Below are positions 10,261-21,500 of a stretch of DNA of 64,000 nucleotides, piece by piece. Location of the stretch: positions 15,353 to 79,352 of the forward strand of contig CALFHF010000222.1 of assembly GCA_937875855.1 (NCBI GenBank), in the 5' to 3' direction. A program made the position numbers and the translations under genes. Origin of the DNA: an uncultured Flavobacteriales bacterium (GTDB taxonomy: Bacteria > Bacteroidota > Bacteroidia > Flavobacteriales_D > JABDKJ01). The first letter of the stretch is position 1. Every line of letters starts with the position of its first letter. Under the pieces are notes generated by a model. That model was not told the DNA's origin, did no database searches, and saw only the letters and a list, made by a program, of their open reading frames with translations.

Positions 10261-11406
10261 TCAGATTGTCTTGAAGGCCTGTTCCAAATCTTGGATCAGG
10301 TCTTCTATGTTTTCAAGACCTACACTGAGGCGAATTAATGAATCAACTACACCAGTTTTTTCACGATCTTCCTTAGGAATACTCGCGTGAGTCATGCTGG
10401 CAGGATGACCAATCAAGGACTCTACACCACCAAGACTTTCGGCCAAAGCAAAGAGCTTCGTAGCTGCTGTGAACTGCTTGGCATCTTGAAGCCTGTTCCC
10501 TTTCAAACTGAAAGAAATCATGCCTCCGAAACCATTCATCTGTTCTTTAGCCACATGATGATTTGGATGCGTTTCGAATCCGGGCCAGAAAACATGGTCA
10601 ACCTTATCCTGGTTTTTCAGATAGCGAGCTATCTCCGCACCATTTTCACAATGTCGTTCCATGCGTAAATGCAAGGTCTTAATTCCCCTCAATACCAAGA
10701 AACAATCCTGTGGGCCCGGCACAGCGCCACATGAATTCTGAAGGGCATACAGGCGCTTTGATAATTCTATATTATCCACTATCAAGGCGCCCATCACCAC
10801 ATCGCTGTGCCCGTTAATATATTTAGTCACAGAGTGCATGACAATGTCAGCGCCTAAATCCAGAGGATTCTGGAGAAATGGAGAAGCGAAAGTGTTATCG
10901 ACTGCAAGTAAAGCACCCGCATTCTTAGCTATTGTTGCCATAGCCTTGATGTCGATGATGCTCATCATGGGGTTGGTAGGAGTTTCTACCCAGATGAGTT
11001 TCGTGTTCTTATTGACCAAGGAGCGCACTGCGTCTTTATCCATTAAGGAGTCAAAATAGAACTTGATACCATAGTTCTGCCATACTGTAGTGAAGAGGCG
11101 ATAGGACCCGCCATACAGGTCATTGGTACTGATCACCTCATCTCCTGGTTTCAAAAGCTTCATTACCGTATCTATGGCCGCCATTCCTGACCCGAAGACC
11201 AGACCTTGGCTTCCGTTTTCCAGCGCTGCAAGATTCTTTTGCAAAGCATCACGAGTAGGATTCAGAGTTCTTGAATATTCATAGCCTTTATTCATGCCCA
11301 CTGCTTCAAGTACATAAGTAGAGGTCTGATAAATAGGAGTCATGATGGCACCTGTTGTAGGGTCTGGTTCTATACCAGCATGAAGGGCTTTTGTTCCGAA
11401 TTTCAT
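10261..11406 (-). CDS. PLP-dependent trans-sulfuration enzyme (cystathionine beta-lyase/gamma-synthase/methionine gamma-lyase family)
   Basis: The Cys/Met-metabolism PLP fold is indicated by the PLP-lysine context SVTKYINGHSD and the end motif LIRLSVGLE. The ATG at 11406 (MKFGTKALHAG) is preferred over the TTG at 11430. Confidence 0.85.
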   Translation of the reverse strand: MKFGTKALHAGIEPDPTTGAIMTPIYQTSTYVLEAVGMNKGYEYSRTLNPTRDALQKNLAALENGSQGLVFGSGMAAIDTVMKLLKPGDEVISTNDLYGGSYRLFTTVWQNYGIKFYFDSLMDKDAVRSLVNKNTKLIWVETPTNPMMSIIDIKAMATIAKNAGALLAVDNTFASPFLQNPLDLGADIVMHSVTKYINGHSDVVMGALIVDNIELSKRLYALQNSCGAVPGPQDCFLVLRGIKTLHLRMERHCENGAEIARYLKNQDKVDHVFWPGFETHPNHHVAKEQMNGFGGMISFSLKGNRLQDAKQFTAATKLFALAESLGGVESLIGHPASMTHASIPKEDREKTGVVDSLIRLSVGLENIEDLIQDLEQAFKTI

Positions 11407-11440
11407 AGTAGCTCGATGACTAAGGGGCAAAGGTAAACCT

Positions 11441-12655
11441 TCATTTTTTCGAGGTTCTACTTAGCCATCGTGGGAGGATAAGTATACCAGCAAAGAGGTA
11501 TGGGAAATAGCTCAGTAATCTCCAAAGGATGGCTAAAAGTCCTACTAGCGTGAAGGGAACCATGACCCCACCGAAAAATTGATAGAACGCAAATTCAGCC
11601 ACGCCACTGCTTCCAGGAGTGGGAGAAATGAGCATAATCATCCACATGGCGAGTTGCTTCGCGAATGCCAAAAGGTCATCGATGTCAGGAACGACCATCA
11701 GCAGCAGACAATTCAAAAGAATGAACCTGAATGACCATGAAATATAGGTCGCTGAAAGGCCTTTGAGCCAATACGAAACAGGCTTTTTTTTCAGCTCCTT
11801 AGATGTTGTCAAGAGGTCATTTCCCCATTCGATGATCTTGTATTTCCAGCGCTTTAAATAAGGCAAACTGAAGATTTTCAAAAGGATAAAACGGAATGCC
11901 CTTGGATTGATGAAGATGGCGTAAATTAATACTGTAAGTATCAAGAAAGTAAACCCATATCCCACCCAAAAGAAGCCTTCAGCAGTCAAGGATTGACCGA
12001 ATAAGTTCATGTTCCATGATTCAGGAAATAGTGATGCGGCACCTAAAGTTAGAAGCACAATCGGGATCATGGTGACATAGAATATCTCATCCATCATAGC
12101 AGTGACCATGACGATGGCTGTGCTTTTCCCAAGATTCATTCCCTCTCTGTTTAAGAAGAATACCGCCACAGCAGATCCTCCTACGACACTAGGAGTAAGA
12201 GCTGATGCGAACTCCCACAGCAGCACGATATCACGGCATTGACGCCAATCAAAATCTCCATCGCTCAATATTTTAAGCCGCGCGACATACGCTAGCACTC
12301 GTATGAAAACACAGAGGATGGCAAGACCTAAAAAGAAGAGTGCTCTTCCTCCCCAGTCTATCTTGTTCAACGTCTCTTGATAGGTGATGCGCTCATAAGA
12401 CCCCTTACCTGGCTCGGCTATTCTGAATTCAGCATCATCGCTGGGTGCCATTATTCCATCTTTATTCGCGTCTACCCATTCATAACTTCCGTCAGTAGCG
12501 GGTTCGTAGCGCACGGCTGAGAGAGAAGAATGAAGCAGATACCCAGCCATAGCTAACCCGATAAGGACTGGAATCCAAATCTTTCTAGCACTCAGTTGGC
12601 GTTTCACTTCAGCTTCTTGCATAGTATGATTGAATAAGAGGCGATGAAAGTACAT
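11441..12655 (-). CDS. Multi-pass membrane protein, lysylphosphatidylglycerol-synthase-TM-like/flippase-like (UPF0104-type)
   Basis: About 8 TM segments are present, and the assignment rests on general resemblance only. The start is uncertain: the full ORF reaches 12721 and would overlap the divergent gene at 12694. Internal Met codons lie at 12655 and 12622. Confidence 0.5.
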   Translation of the reverse strand: MYFHRLLFNHTMQEAEVKRQLSARKIWIPVLIGLAMAGYLLHSSLSAVRYEPATDGSYEWVDANKDGIMAPSDDAEFRIAEPGKGSYERITYQETLNKIDWGGRALFFLGLAILCVFIRVLAYVARLKILSDGDFDWRQCRDIVLLWEFASALTPSVVGGSAVAVFFLNREGMNLGKSTAIVMVTAMMDEIFYVTMIPIVLLTLGAASLFPESWNMNLFGQSLTAEGFFWVGYGFTFLILTVLIYAIFINPRAFRFILLKIFSLPYLKRWKYKIIEWGNDLLTTSKELKKKPVSYWLKGLSATYISWSFRFILLNCLLLMVVPDIDDLLAFAKQLAMWMIMLISPTPGSSGVAEFAFYQFFGGVMVPFTLVGLLAILWRLLSYFPYLFAGILILPRWLSRTSKK

Positions 12656-12693
12656 AAGTGCGCATGCATCCGGATAAATTTTAGCTTCAGGCC

Positions 12694-13065
12694 ATGAAAA
12701 AAATCTATCACCTGTCTTCATGCAGCACCTGTCAGCGCATAATCAAAGAGCTTGAACAGGTTTTGAAATCTCCTCTTGATGCCCAGGGATTCGATCTTCA
12801 AGATATCAAAGTCAAGAATATCTCTGCCAAGGAATTGGACGATATCAAGGAAAAAGCAGGAAGCTATGAGGCCCTCTTTAGCAAGCGCGCTATAAAATAT
12901 CGTTCGATGGGATTAGACAAGATGACTCTCACTGAAAGGGATTATCGCAAGTACATGCTTGAGGAGTGCACGTTTTTGAAGCGGCCGTTTATCCTTGTTG
13001 GAGAGGAGGTTTTTATTGGGAACTCTAAAAAAACGATTGAGGCAGCGATTTTTAAACTTCAGTAG
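12694..13065 (+). CDS. ArsC/Spx-family thioredoxin-fold protein
   Basis: The N-terminal CSTC motif (MKKIYHLSSCSTCQR) and the 123-aa size fit the family. Confidence 0.75.
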   Translation: MKKIYHLSSCSTCQRIIKELEQVLKSPLDAQGFDLQDIKVKNISAKELDDIKEKAGSYEALFSKRAIKYRSMGLDKMTLTERDYRKYMLEECTFLKRPFILVGEEVFIGNSKKTIEAAIFKLQ

Positions 13066-13234
13066 CAAGAGAAACGGCAAGCCCAATGACAAAAATCAAG
13101 AGTATTTGCTCAATTAAGAGTAAAAGAAAACAAGTTATTGCATTGGAAGTATTGCTCCTTTGTTGAATTAAAAAGCGGTATAGACTACTTCGAAGCTGTT
13201 TGAAAAACGGAAGAACCTAAAGGGATATAAACGT

Positions 13235-13510
13235 TTGACGATCGCCTGGCAGTTTGCCGGAGAAAGTGTTTTTTTGTCAGAAAACTGGGAAATAATAATG
13301 CGGGCAAGTAGCAGGGGAATCAAAATCCTACGGTCATCAGGCAGTGCGTGTCTGAATTTCGGTGAGGCTCAAGCTGATGTCACCGACAAGGATTTCATCA
13401 ATAAGATGAGCATTGTCGTCAAAGAGCTGAAAGAGTCTAGGAATTGCGTAAAAGTACTTTTGTACAGCAAGGAGGGGGACGAACTGATAAGAAATTGGAT
13501 TTTAATTTAA
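13235..13510 (+). CDS. Four-helix-bundle protein (23S rRNA IVS-protein-like), possibly degenerate
   Basis: The C-terminal half, LRSSGSACLNFGEAQADVTDKDFINKMSIVVKELKESRN, matches the family pattern LRS..SI.AN..EA..A.S..DFI.K..I..KE..ET. The N-terminal half is unrecognisable and the ORF has a TTG start. Confidence 0.35.
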   Translation: MTIAWQFAGESVFLSENWEIIMRASSRGIKILRSSGSACLNFGEAQADVTDKDFINKMSIVVKELKESRNCVKVLLYSKEGDELIRNWILI

Positions 13511-13600
13511 GTAGAAGAACTTATTGCCATTACGTATCAGTATGATCAAGAAAAGAAGATTATAGTATCATTCCATTATGCACTCTATTGAGCTTGATTC

Positions 13601-14539
13601 TTGCTCTTGAATTTGCCATTGAAATTGAAATCCCTCCTCCCTTACATCGCCCTTCTTTCCGTTTCCATCATCTACGGAGCCAGTTATGTTGTTGCTAAAG
13701 GCGTAATGCCCAACATCATTGGGCCCAGTGGGTTTATCATGCTTCGCGCTGTGGGAGCAGCGGTTCTGTTCTGGATTATTTTGCTCATGCGTTGGGAGTT
13801 GCCGGCCAAAAAGGACATCCTTCGGTTGGCTGTCTGCGGGATGTTTGGTGTCGCGGTGAATCAGTTGTTCTTTTTCAACGGGTTGAATCTCACCAGCGCC
13901 ATGAACAGCTCTATCATCATCACCACGAATCCCATCATGGTCTTGATTATTGCCGCACTGTTTTTAGGAGAGAAAATCACCTTGCGTAAGGGCGTTGGAG
14001 TCATTCTAGGATTCATTGGAGCTATCCTTTTAATATGGCTAGGATCTCAGAATAAGGATGCAGGAACCTCTATTCGTGGAGACCTTTTCATCTTGATAAA
14101 CTCCATGTCATACGCCATTTACTTGGTCACAGTGAAGCCATTGATGAGCAGGTACAGACCACTCACTGTGATCGCCTGGGTCTTCCTTTTTGGGATGCTC
14201 TACGTGATTCCATTTGGCTATTCTCAATTCACTGAAGTAGACTGGTCAGCACTGAATGGAGTGCAGTTCAGAAGCATAGCTTTTGTGGTGCTCTTTGCCA
14301 CCTTTGGGGTATACCTACTAAACGTGTATGCCTTAAAAAGTGTGAGCCCCAGCGTGGTGAGTTCATTCATTTACCTACAACCCGTTATGGCAGGAATCTT
14401 CTCCTGGATCTTCTTTTCCCTTGGAACATACAGCAAAGTGGCGCCAGATTTCAGCTGGGGAATGGTAGGAGCTACGGGGTTGATTTTTATAGGAGTTTGG
14501 TTGGTATCTAGGAAGAAGGTAAAGCTTCTAGAACCCTGA
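13601..14539 (+). CDS. EamA/DMT-superfamily transporter
   Basis: Ten TM segments fall into two EamA-like halves. The start codon is TTG. Confidence 0.75.
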   Translation: MLLNLPLKLKSLLPYIALLSVSIIYGASYVVAKGVMPNIIGPSGFIMLRAVGAAVLFWIILLMRWELPAKKDILRLAVCGMFGVAVNQLFFFNGLNLTSAMNSSIIITTNPIMVLIIAALFLGEKITLRKGVGVILGFIGAILLIWLGSQNKDAGTSIRGDLFILINSMSYAIYLVTVKPLMSRYRPLTVIAWVFLFGMLYVIPFGYSQFTEVDWSALNGVQFRSIAFVVLFATFGVYLLNVYALKSVSPSVVSSFIYLQPVMAGIFSWIFFSLGTYSKVAPDFSWGMVGATGLIFIGVWLVSRKKVKLLEP

Positions 14540-14626
14540 GTATACAAGGCCTTCCCGCTGCTGTGGGACTCGGTCTCCGTTCCATTTATAGTGCGGACAT
14601 CGAGCGATAGTCGAGTTTCTAGAATT

Positions 14627-15529
14627 TCACTTCGCAGCCCTAGGATCTGGCAGATCTATACCCAGCATGATCTCATGCGTTCCTGTGGAGTACTTGGAAA
14701 CGTCAGTCGTGGTGAAATCATGAGCGTAAGCAATGTGAATCTTGTTATTCCATTTTACGCCTAACATAGCCGTGAACGCATCGCTGTTTCTGTAGCCTCC
14801 TCCCAGCCAGACTATGTCTTTATACAGCACACGTAGTGTCGCATCTATTTTTAGAGGAGCAGGGGTGACCATCTTCAGTAAGACATTGGGCTCTATCATA
14901 AAATCAGACGTGAGTTCATATTTATATCCTGCATTCAAAAGGTAGTGATTCACTAATGAACTGCTTCCCGCACTTGTTCCTGGATAGATATTCAAGTTCG
15001 CCTGACTCAGCTGAGGAATAGAAAATCCAACATGGAAATTCTCTCCAGAGACCATAGCTCCCATCTTGGCATCTATGACGTTTACTGAAGAGAGATTCGT
15101 GCCCAAAGCTGGGTCATTATCCTCTGCCAATTTGATTTTATCCGCGTCTATGGAATACTGAAGTATGCCCACTGAAAGTCCAAAACCTAAGGTCACACTC
15201 CCACTCAAGGGTATGCGATAGGCATAAGAACCTTGTGCGCCTATCCTTCGTGTAGGCCCCACTATATCGGTAAAGAGATAAACACCTGCGCCCATGTTCC
15301 CATCAGAAAGTGGTGCGGTGAAGCTCAGCGTATATGTACGCGGAGCATCTGTGATGCCTTCCCATTGATAGCGATTCAGCGAGCGTAATTCCATCTGCTT
15401 TCTCAGCCCCGCCACAGCAGGATTGATGGCATAATCATTCATGAAGAACAATGAATACTGCGCTTCCTGTTGGGCATATATAGCGCTGCATAAAAGCAGG
15501 CTCAGGGTCATCAGGGCTGTTCGTATCAT
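14627..15529 (-). CDS. PorP/SprF-family type IX secretion outer-membrane protein (copy 1)
   Basis: A signal peptide is followed by AQQEAQYSLFFMNDYAINPAVAG, and the C-terminus reads HEIMLGIDL. Its ATG overlaps the stop of the upstream giant gene as ATGA. Confidence 0.85.
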   Translation of the reverse strand: MIRTALMTLSLLLCSAIYAQQEAQYSLFFMNDYAINPAVAGLRKQMELRSLNRYQWEGITDAPRTYTLSFTAPLSDGNMGAGVYLFTDIVGPTRRIGAQGSYAYRIPLSGSVTLGFGLSVGILQYSIDADKIKLAEDNDPALGTNLSSVNVIDAKMGAMVSGENFHVGFSIPQLSQANLNIYPGTSAGSSSLVNHYLLNAGYKYELTSDFMIEPNVLLKMVTPAPLKIDATLRVLYKDIVWLGGGYRNSDAFTAMLGVKWNNKIHIAYAHDFTTTDVSKYSTGTHEIMLGIDLPDPRAAK

Positions 15530-18500
15530 CTGAAAATAGTTAAGGGTCCGGTCACCGCGTCAGGGAATTTCGGATCGTTCAATTCGATAATGTAGTAGTA
15601 GGTTCCTACAGGCAATGGAGCGTTATTAAACTCACCGTTCCATGGGTCAGGATACCCAGGAGCTGATTTGAAAAGTTCATCTCCCCATCGGCTAAATATC
15701 TGCGCAACCAAGTTCGGGAACAGGCCTCTATTCCCCAATACCCACACGTCATTTACCTGATCCCCATTCGGTGTGAAACCATCAGGAATCTCTATGCTTG
15801 GATCCAATGTAATGATTACATCATCTGAAGCGATACAGCCATTATTTCCAACAACAGTTACAGAGAAGGTCTGTGTGCCTGAGTTGACATAGATAGGATT
15901 TGGATGAGATGAATCATCTAAGAGTTGAGGCGGGAACCAATTATAAGACGCTGCATCATCAGCAGTAGGATCTCCTCCTAAGGTGACCTGTTCACCTAAG
16001 AAGGTAGTTTGATCTTCTCCTGCATTTACGATAGGAAGTAAGAGTATATCTAAGTTCAGCGTATCTCTATCAATACAGAAACCGTTTGTGATGGTCAAAA
16101 TGACGACACTATTCGCGGTGCTGGCTTGTACATTCGTAGTGACTTGATTAGAGAGGCTCAGACCACTTAACAGGGTCCAGTTATAGGACTGGGCACCCGA
16201 ACTGTTCGAGCCGTCTAGGAACACCTGATTCCCATTACAGATGGGGTCATAGGTCCCAGCATCGGCCAGAATCTCAAGTTGGTATGCGACTGTAAACGGA
16301 ACCGATTCTATACAGCCATGATCATCAGTTACGCTAAGGGTATATGTTCCAGGTAGAATTCCTGTAAGATCCTCATTTGTGGAGCTGAATCCATTAGGTC
16401 CTGACCATGAAGTCTCGTAGCCCGGAACGCCTCCACTGATATCCACATCTATGGACCCATCTGGGCTGTTCTCACATATCGCATCGGTGATGCTTGTGGA
16501 GATAATTGAGATAGCCGCAGGTTCATACACAATGAACGGAAGAGAAAGCGCACAGCCATTGAAATCTATTACATCCAACACATAATCCCCTGCTTCAAGA
16601 CCGCTGATGTCTTCTTCTATGGAAGTGAAATCATTTGGCCCTGACCAGAGTAACGTGTAGTCCAATGTTCCTCCGCTGATGTCCAATGAAATGGCTCCTG
16701 AGAGATCTCCATTGCAATTCAGGTCTACCACACTTTGTTCTGCTGCAATCAGCGTTTCAGGTTCAGTCAAGGTGATTAGGGTATCCAATTCACAGCCATT
16801 CTGATCCGTAATAAGAACTTCATATTCGCCTGCAAGGAGGTCGGCAATGTCTTGAGTTATAGCAGTAAACGGTACAGGTCCAATCCAGGAATAACCGTAG
16901 GTTTCAAGTCCACCGCTTACCTCTATGTCTATGCTTCCGTTTGTATTTCCATTGCAATCTATGTTCACACTTGTTGCGCTGAACGCCATTACTTGTAGGG
17001 CAATCAATACATAATCTGCCTCCACTGCGCAGCTATTGTCATCTGTGATTTCAACTTGATATCCGCCTGGCCCAAGTCCTGTTATGTCCTCGTCCATGCT
17101 CATGAATGTTCCCGGTCCTGTCCATACATAGGTCAATGTTCCAGTGCCGCCAGTCATGTCTAATAGTATAGAACCATCCTCATTCCCTATACACGATGGA
17201 TTGGTCAAGGTCTCCATAGGAATGATCAATGCTGGCTCTACCAGAATGCCTTGATATGTTGCTTCACATCCATGATCATCAGTAACAGTAAGATCATACG
17301 TTCCTGGGATGAGGTCAAAGATGTCTGGGTCCATACTCGCGAAAACCCCTGGTCCTGTCCAAGCATATCCGTATGCCTCAGTGCCTCCAGTCACATTGGA
17401 AATAATACTTCCCGTAGAGTCTGAGAAACACAGGTTTCCTGTAATCGTTCCATCAGCCACAAGCTGTTCAGGTTCCATCACGTCAAAGGATTCATTGATC
17501 ACACAACCCACACTATCGCTTAAGGTCAAGGTGTATGTTCCTGCAAATAGATTAGCAAGATCCTCTGACGATGCAGTGAAAGGTGAGGGTCCTGTCCAAA
17601 GCGTGTCAACTGGTCCTATAAAGGCGCCAACGATAGTAACTTCAATAGCTCCATCATCCAATCCAAAACAGCTTACATCTGTAACTTGACCAGTTACTGA
17701 GATGTCCATATTCTCTATCTCGAAATCAGCTGTCATGATACAGAGGTTGCCGTCAGTAACAGTAACCGTGTATATGTCCACTGGAAGTCCATCTACAAAA
17801 ACTCCTGAGCCTACAGAAGCCAAAGAAGAGTTCGACCACTCATAGCTTAGGTTGTCATCTCCTCCAACTGCGAGCACTTCTATACTTCCGTTAGAAAGGC
17901 CACAATTTGCATTGTTGAGCTGTACTAAATCAATAACGATAAGCGGACTCTCCAGCACTTCAAAAGAGAAGGTTTGTACGCAGTCGTTCGCATCAGTAAT
18001 ATCTACATCATACGTTCCAGCAAGAAGGTTCATAATGTCTTGAGTGACCTCATCGAATCCATTAGGGCCAGTCCAATGATAGGTTGGCGTTCCTACGCCT
18101 CCAGATGGGTTTATATCAATAGCTCCTGTATTATCTCCATTACAAAGTACATGCGTGATGTCTTCATTGGCTATAATTCCAGCGGGCTGATTGACCACAT
18201 AACTTTGAACATGCACGCAGTCATTCGCGTCAGTCAACGTTACCGTGTAGGTGCCTGCGAAGAGGTTGATAATGTCCAGTGTATTTGCGGTATACCCGTT
18301 GGGCCCTGTCCAAGAACCCGTGGCTGTTCCTGTACCACCAGTTACATTTATATTTATTTCTCCATCGTTAGTTCCATTACAGGAAACGTGAGTGATGATG
18401 GCGGGAGAAGAAATGGGAGGCGGCTGCGGCACTGTGTATTGCTCGCTGATTATACATCCAATGCTATCAGATAGTGTAATGGTGTAAGCTCCTGCAATCA

Positions 18501-21500
18501 AGCCTGAGATATCTTCAGAGCTAGAAGTGAATCCACCAGAACCTGTCCACATAGTGTCTACAGGACCTGTGAGTACACCAGTGACAGTGACGTCAATGGC
18601 TCCATCAGAAAAACCGAAACATGATACTGCAGAGATGGCTGCAGAAAGTGTGGCCTCTAAGCTGGTAACTGAGAATTGAGCTGTTCGTGTACAGAGATTC
18701 GCATCCGTCACCGTGACGGTATACGAGCCGACAGGCAAGCTACTCGCGGTAGCTGAATTTCCGACAACTGCACTTGCACTATTTGTCCAGACATAACTAT
18801 AGCCGCCAGCACCTCCGCTGGCATTTACTTGAATGGACCCGTTACTTAAACCGCAATTGGCAGGGGTAATTTGAACAAGTGTAATCGCGATAGCAGGGGA
18901 CTGAGGAACGAAATAAGAATTTGAATACACGCATCCTTTCGAATCGGTTACTAACAGATCATACATCCCCGAAGCAAGACCCGAGATGTCTTCAAAGGAA
19001 CTGGTGAATGTTCCAGGTCCTGACCAAAAGAAAATGTTCCCTCCGTTTCCGCCAATGACTTCAATATTAATGGCTCCCGTGGAATCTCCGTCACAGATAA
19101 TTCCAGTGATAAATTCATTGACCGAAATAGGAAGAGGCTGGGTCACAGTAAAGGTTCCAGTTCCAGTACACAAGTCTCCATCAGTAACAGTAACGCTATA
19201 CGTTCCAGGTCCTAGGTTGGTTAAGTCTTGTGTGATTGCCGTGAATCCATTTGGCCCTGTCCATGCATACGTGAATGTTGGAACGCCACCTGCATGACTC
19301 ATATTGATCGCGCCATTAGAATTTCCAGCACAAGAAACCTGGGTCACTACGGCTGTCACTATAATTCCGGCTGCTGGCAATACCTCGTAGGTATCACCTA
19401 GTACACAACCATTAGCACCTGTGACGCTAACAGTATATAGTCCTGGTGATAAGCCCGTGATGTTTTGTGTGGTGGCACTAAATCCATTGGGACCGTTCCA
19501 TTGAACGGTAAGTGGAGTAGCTAGCCCCGTGACCGTAATGTCTATGGCTCCATCTTGAGCGCCCGCACATGTCACATGGCTGATAGCGGCTGTGAGATCA
19601 CCCACGGAATCACTGATTACGAAGGATCCTGTATATACACATCCATTGTCATCAGTCACGGTGTATCCATACATTCCTCCATCTAATCCAGAGGCGGAAT
19701 TTGTATTGGAAACAGGAGCGTTACTTGGGAGTTCAACAATGCTGTACACGTAATCAGCCGCAACTGTTCCTCCGCTCGCTGTGAGGGTGGCCGCACCTAT
19801 GCTCATTCCACAGGCAGATGGGGTGAGAGCAGTGCTTACGGTGATGGCAGTAGGAGCAGTGACGGTGAAAGAGGCATTGAAAATACAACCCGCTGGAGTA
19901 GTCATTACTACGTTATATGTGCCCGCATTTAACCCGGTTAAGTCTTGTGTGTTTGCATTGAAACCATCAGGGCCATTCCATTGATAGGTAGCGGTTCCTA
20001 TAGCAGGCGTTACACTCAGGTCAATAGCTCCATTAGTTTGTCCCGCACATTGAATATGTGTAATCACCGCAGTGAGCTGATAATTGACTGCAGGATTCAC
20101 AGTAAAGTTGGCCGTTGCTTGGCAGTTATTCCCATCTGTCACAGTGACTGAATAATCTCCGGGAGCGAGGCCTGAGATGTCTTGGGTTATGGCAGTAAAT
20201 CCATTTGGCCCTGTCCAGGCATAGACCTTGTCTCCAAATCCTCCTTGCACGCTCAGATTGATAGATCCATTCATTTCTCCTGCGCAGGTAACATGAGTTA
20301 CTGCCGCACTGAGGTTTAAAGGTGGTGGAGCATTCACAGTAAACGTCTGAATCAAGGTGCATCCCAGCGCATCAATAATAGTCACAGTGTACGCTCCTGC
20401 TATTAAGGAACTGATGTCTTCTTGAATAGAAGTATAGCCGTTTGGCCCCGCCCATGAAACGGTCCAAGGCTGAACAAGGTCTCCTATGGTGATGTTGATG
20501 GCGCCATCAACATCACCTAAACAGGTGACATTCGTGATGACAGCGGTGACAAAGCCAGTAGCATCACTGAGCTCGAAAAACTGGGTATTATCACATCCAT
20601 TATCGTCTGTTACGATGAATAGATAATTTCCGGTTGGCAATCCTGATACCGAGTTGGTACTTGAAAGCAGTGTGTTCATGGAATCATACCATTCATACTG
20701 ATAATCAGCAGCGACAGTTCCTCCTGTTACGTTTGCGGTTACCGACCCATCCGTCATGTCACATGAAGGATTCATGATGTCAAGGTCCACCACGATTTCT
20801 GTAGGTTGGGTTAATATGTAGGTCCCTTGGATAGTACAACCAAGGAAATCAGTGATTGTTACTGTATATGTCCCGCCAGGGCTATTGATCAGGTCTTCCA
20901 TGGTTCCAATGAATCCTAAAGGACCTGTCCATGAGTAGCTGTAGGTAGTGGTTCCGCCAGTGACAGTAATGTCAATGCTACCGTTAGAATCGGTGGCACA
21001 ATCTGGGTCAGACGTCACGGCAGTGATTACCAAGGGAGCAGCTTGATTGACCGTAAAGTCAAAGCTGGCTGTACACAGAAGAGCATCGGTAATGGTCACT
21101 GTATACGTACCAGTAGCGAGGCCGGTAATGTCTTGAGTGTTTGCTGTATACCCGGCAGGTCCAGTCCAAGAAACTTGATATAGACTTTGACCTCCGCTTA
21201 CAGTAATATCTATAGCTCCAGTTGATGCTGCGTTACACGAAACATGAGTAATTATCGCTGTTACCAGAATAGGCTGATTCTGAATAACTGTGTAGCTGGC
21301 CGTGCGACTGCATCCATTGTCATCGGTCACGATTACTGTATACATACCAGCGGCAAGTCCAGTAAGGTCTTCTGCAACGCTTGTGAACCCATTAGGTCCT
21401 GTCCAAGCGAACGCGTAGATAGGTGTTCCGTTACTTACTGTAATATTTATAGCTCCCGTAGTTCCGCCTGCACAGGCTACATGGGTGATGCTTCCCACAA

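Noticed and set aside
12694-12721. An apparent 28-bp head-to-head overlap of the membrane-protein ORF and the ArsC-family gene.
   Set aside because: This is most likely an artefact of taking the longest ORF. Internal Met codons at 12655 or 12622 remove the overlap and still precede the first TM segment.
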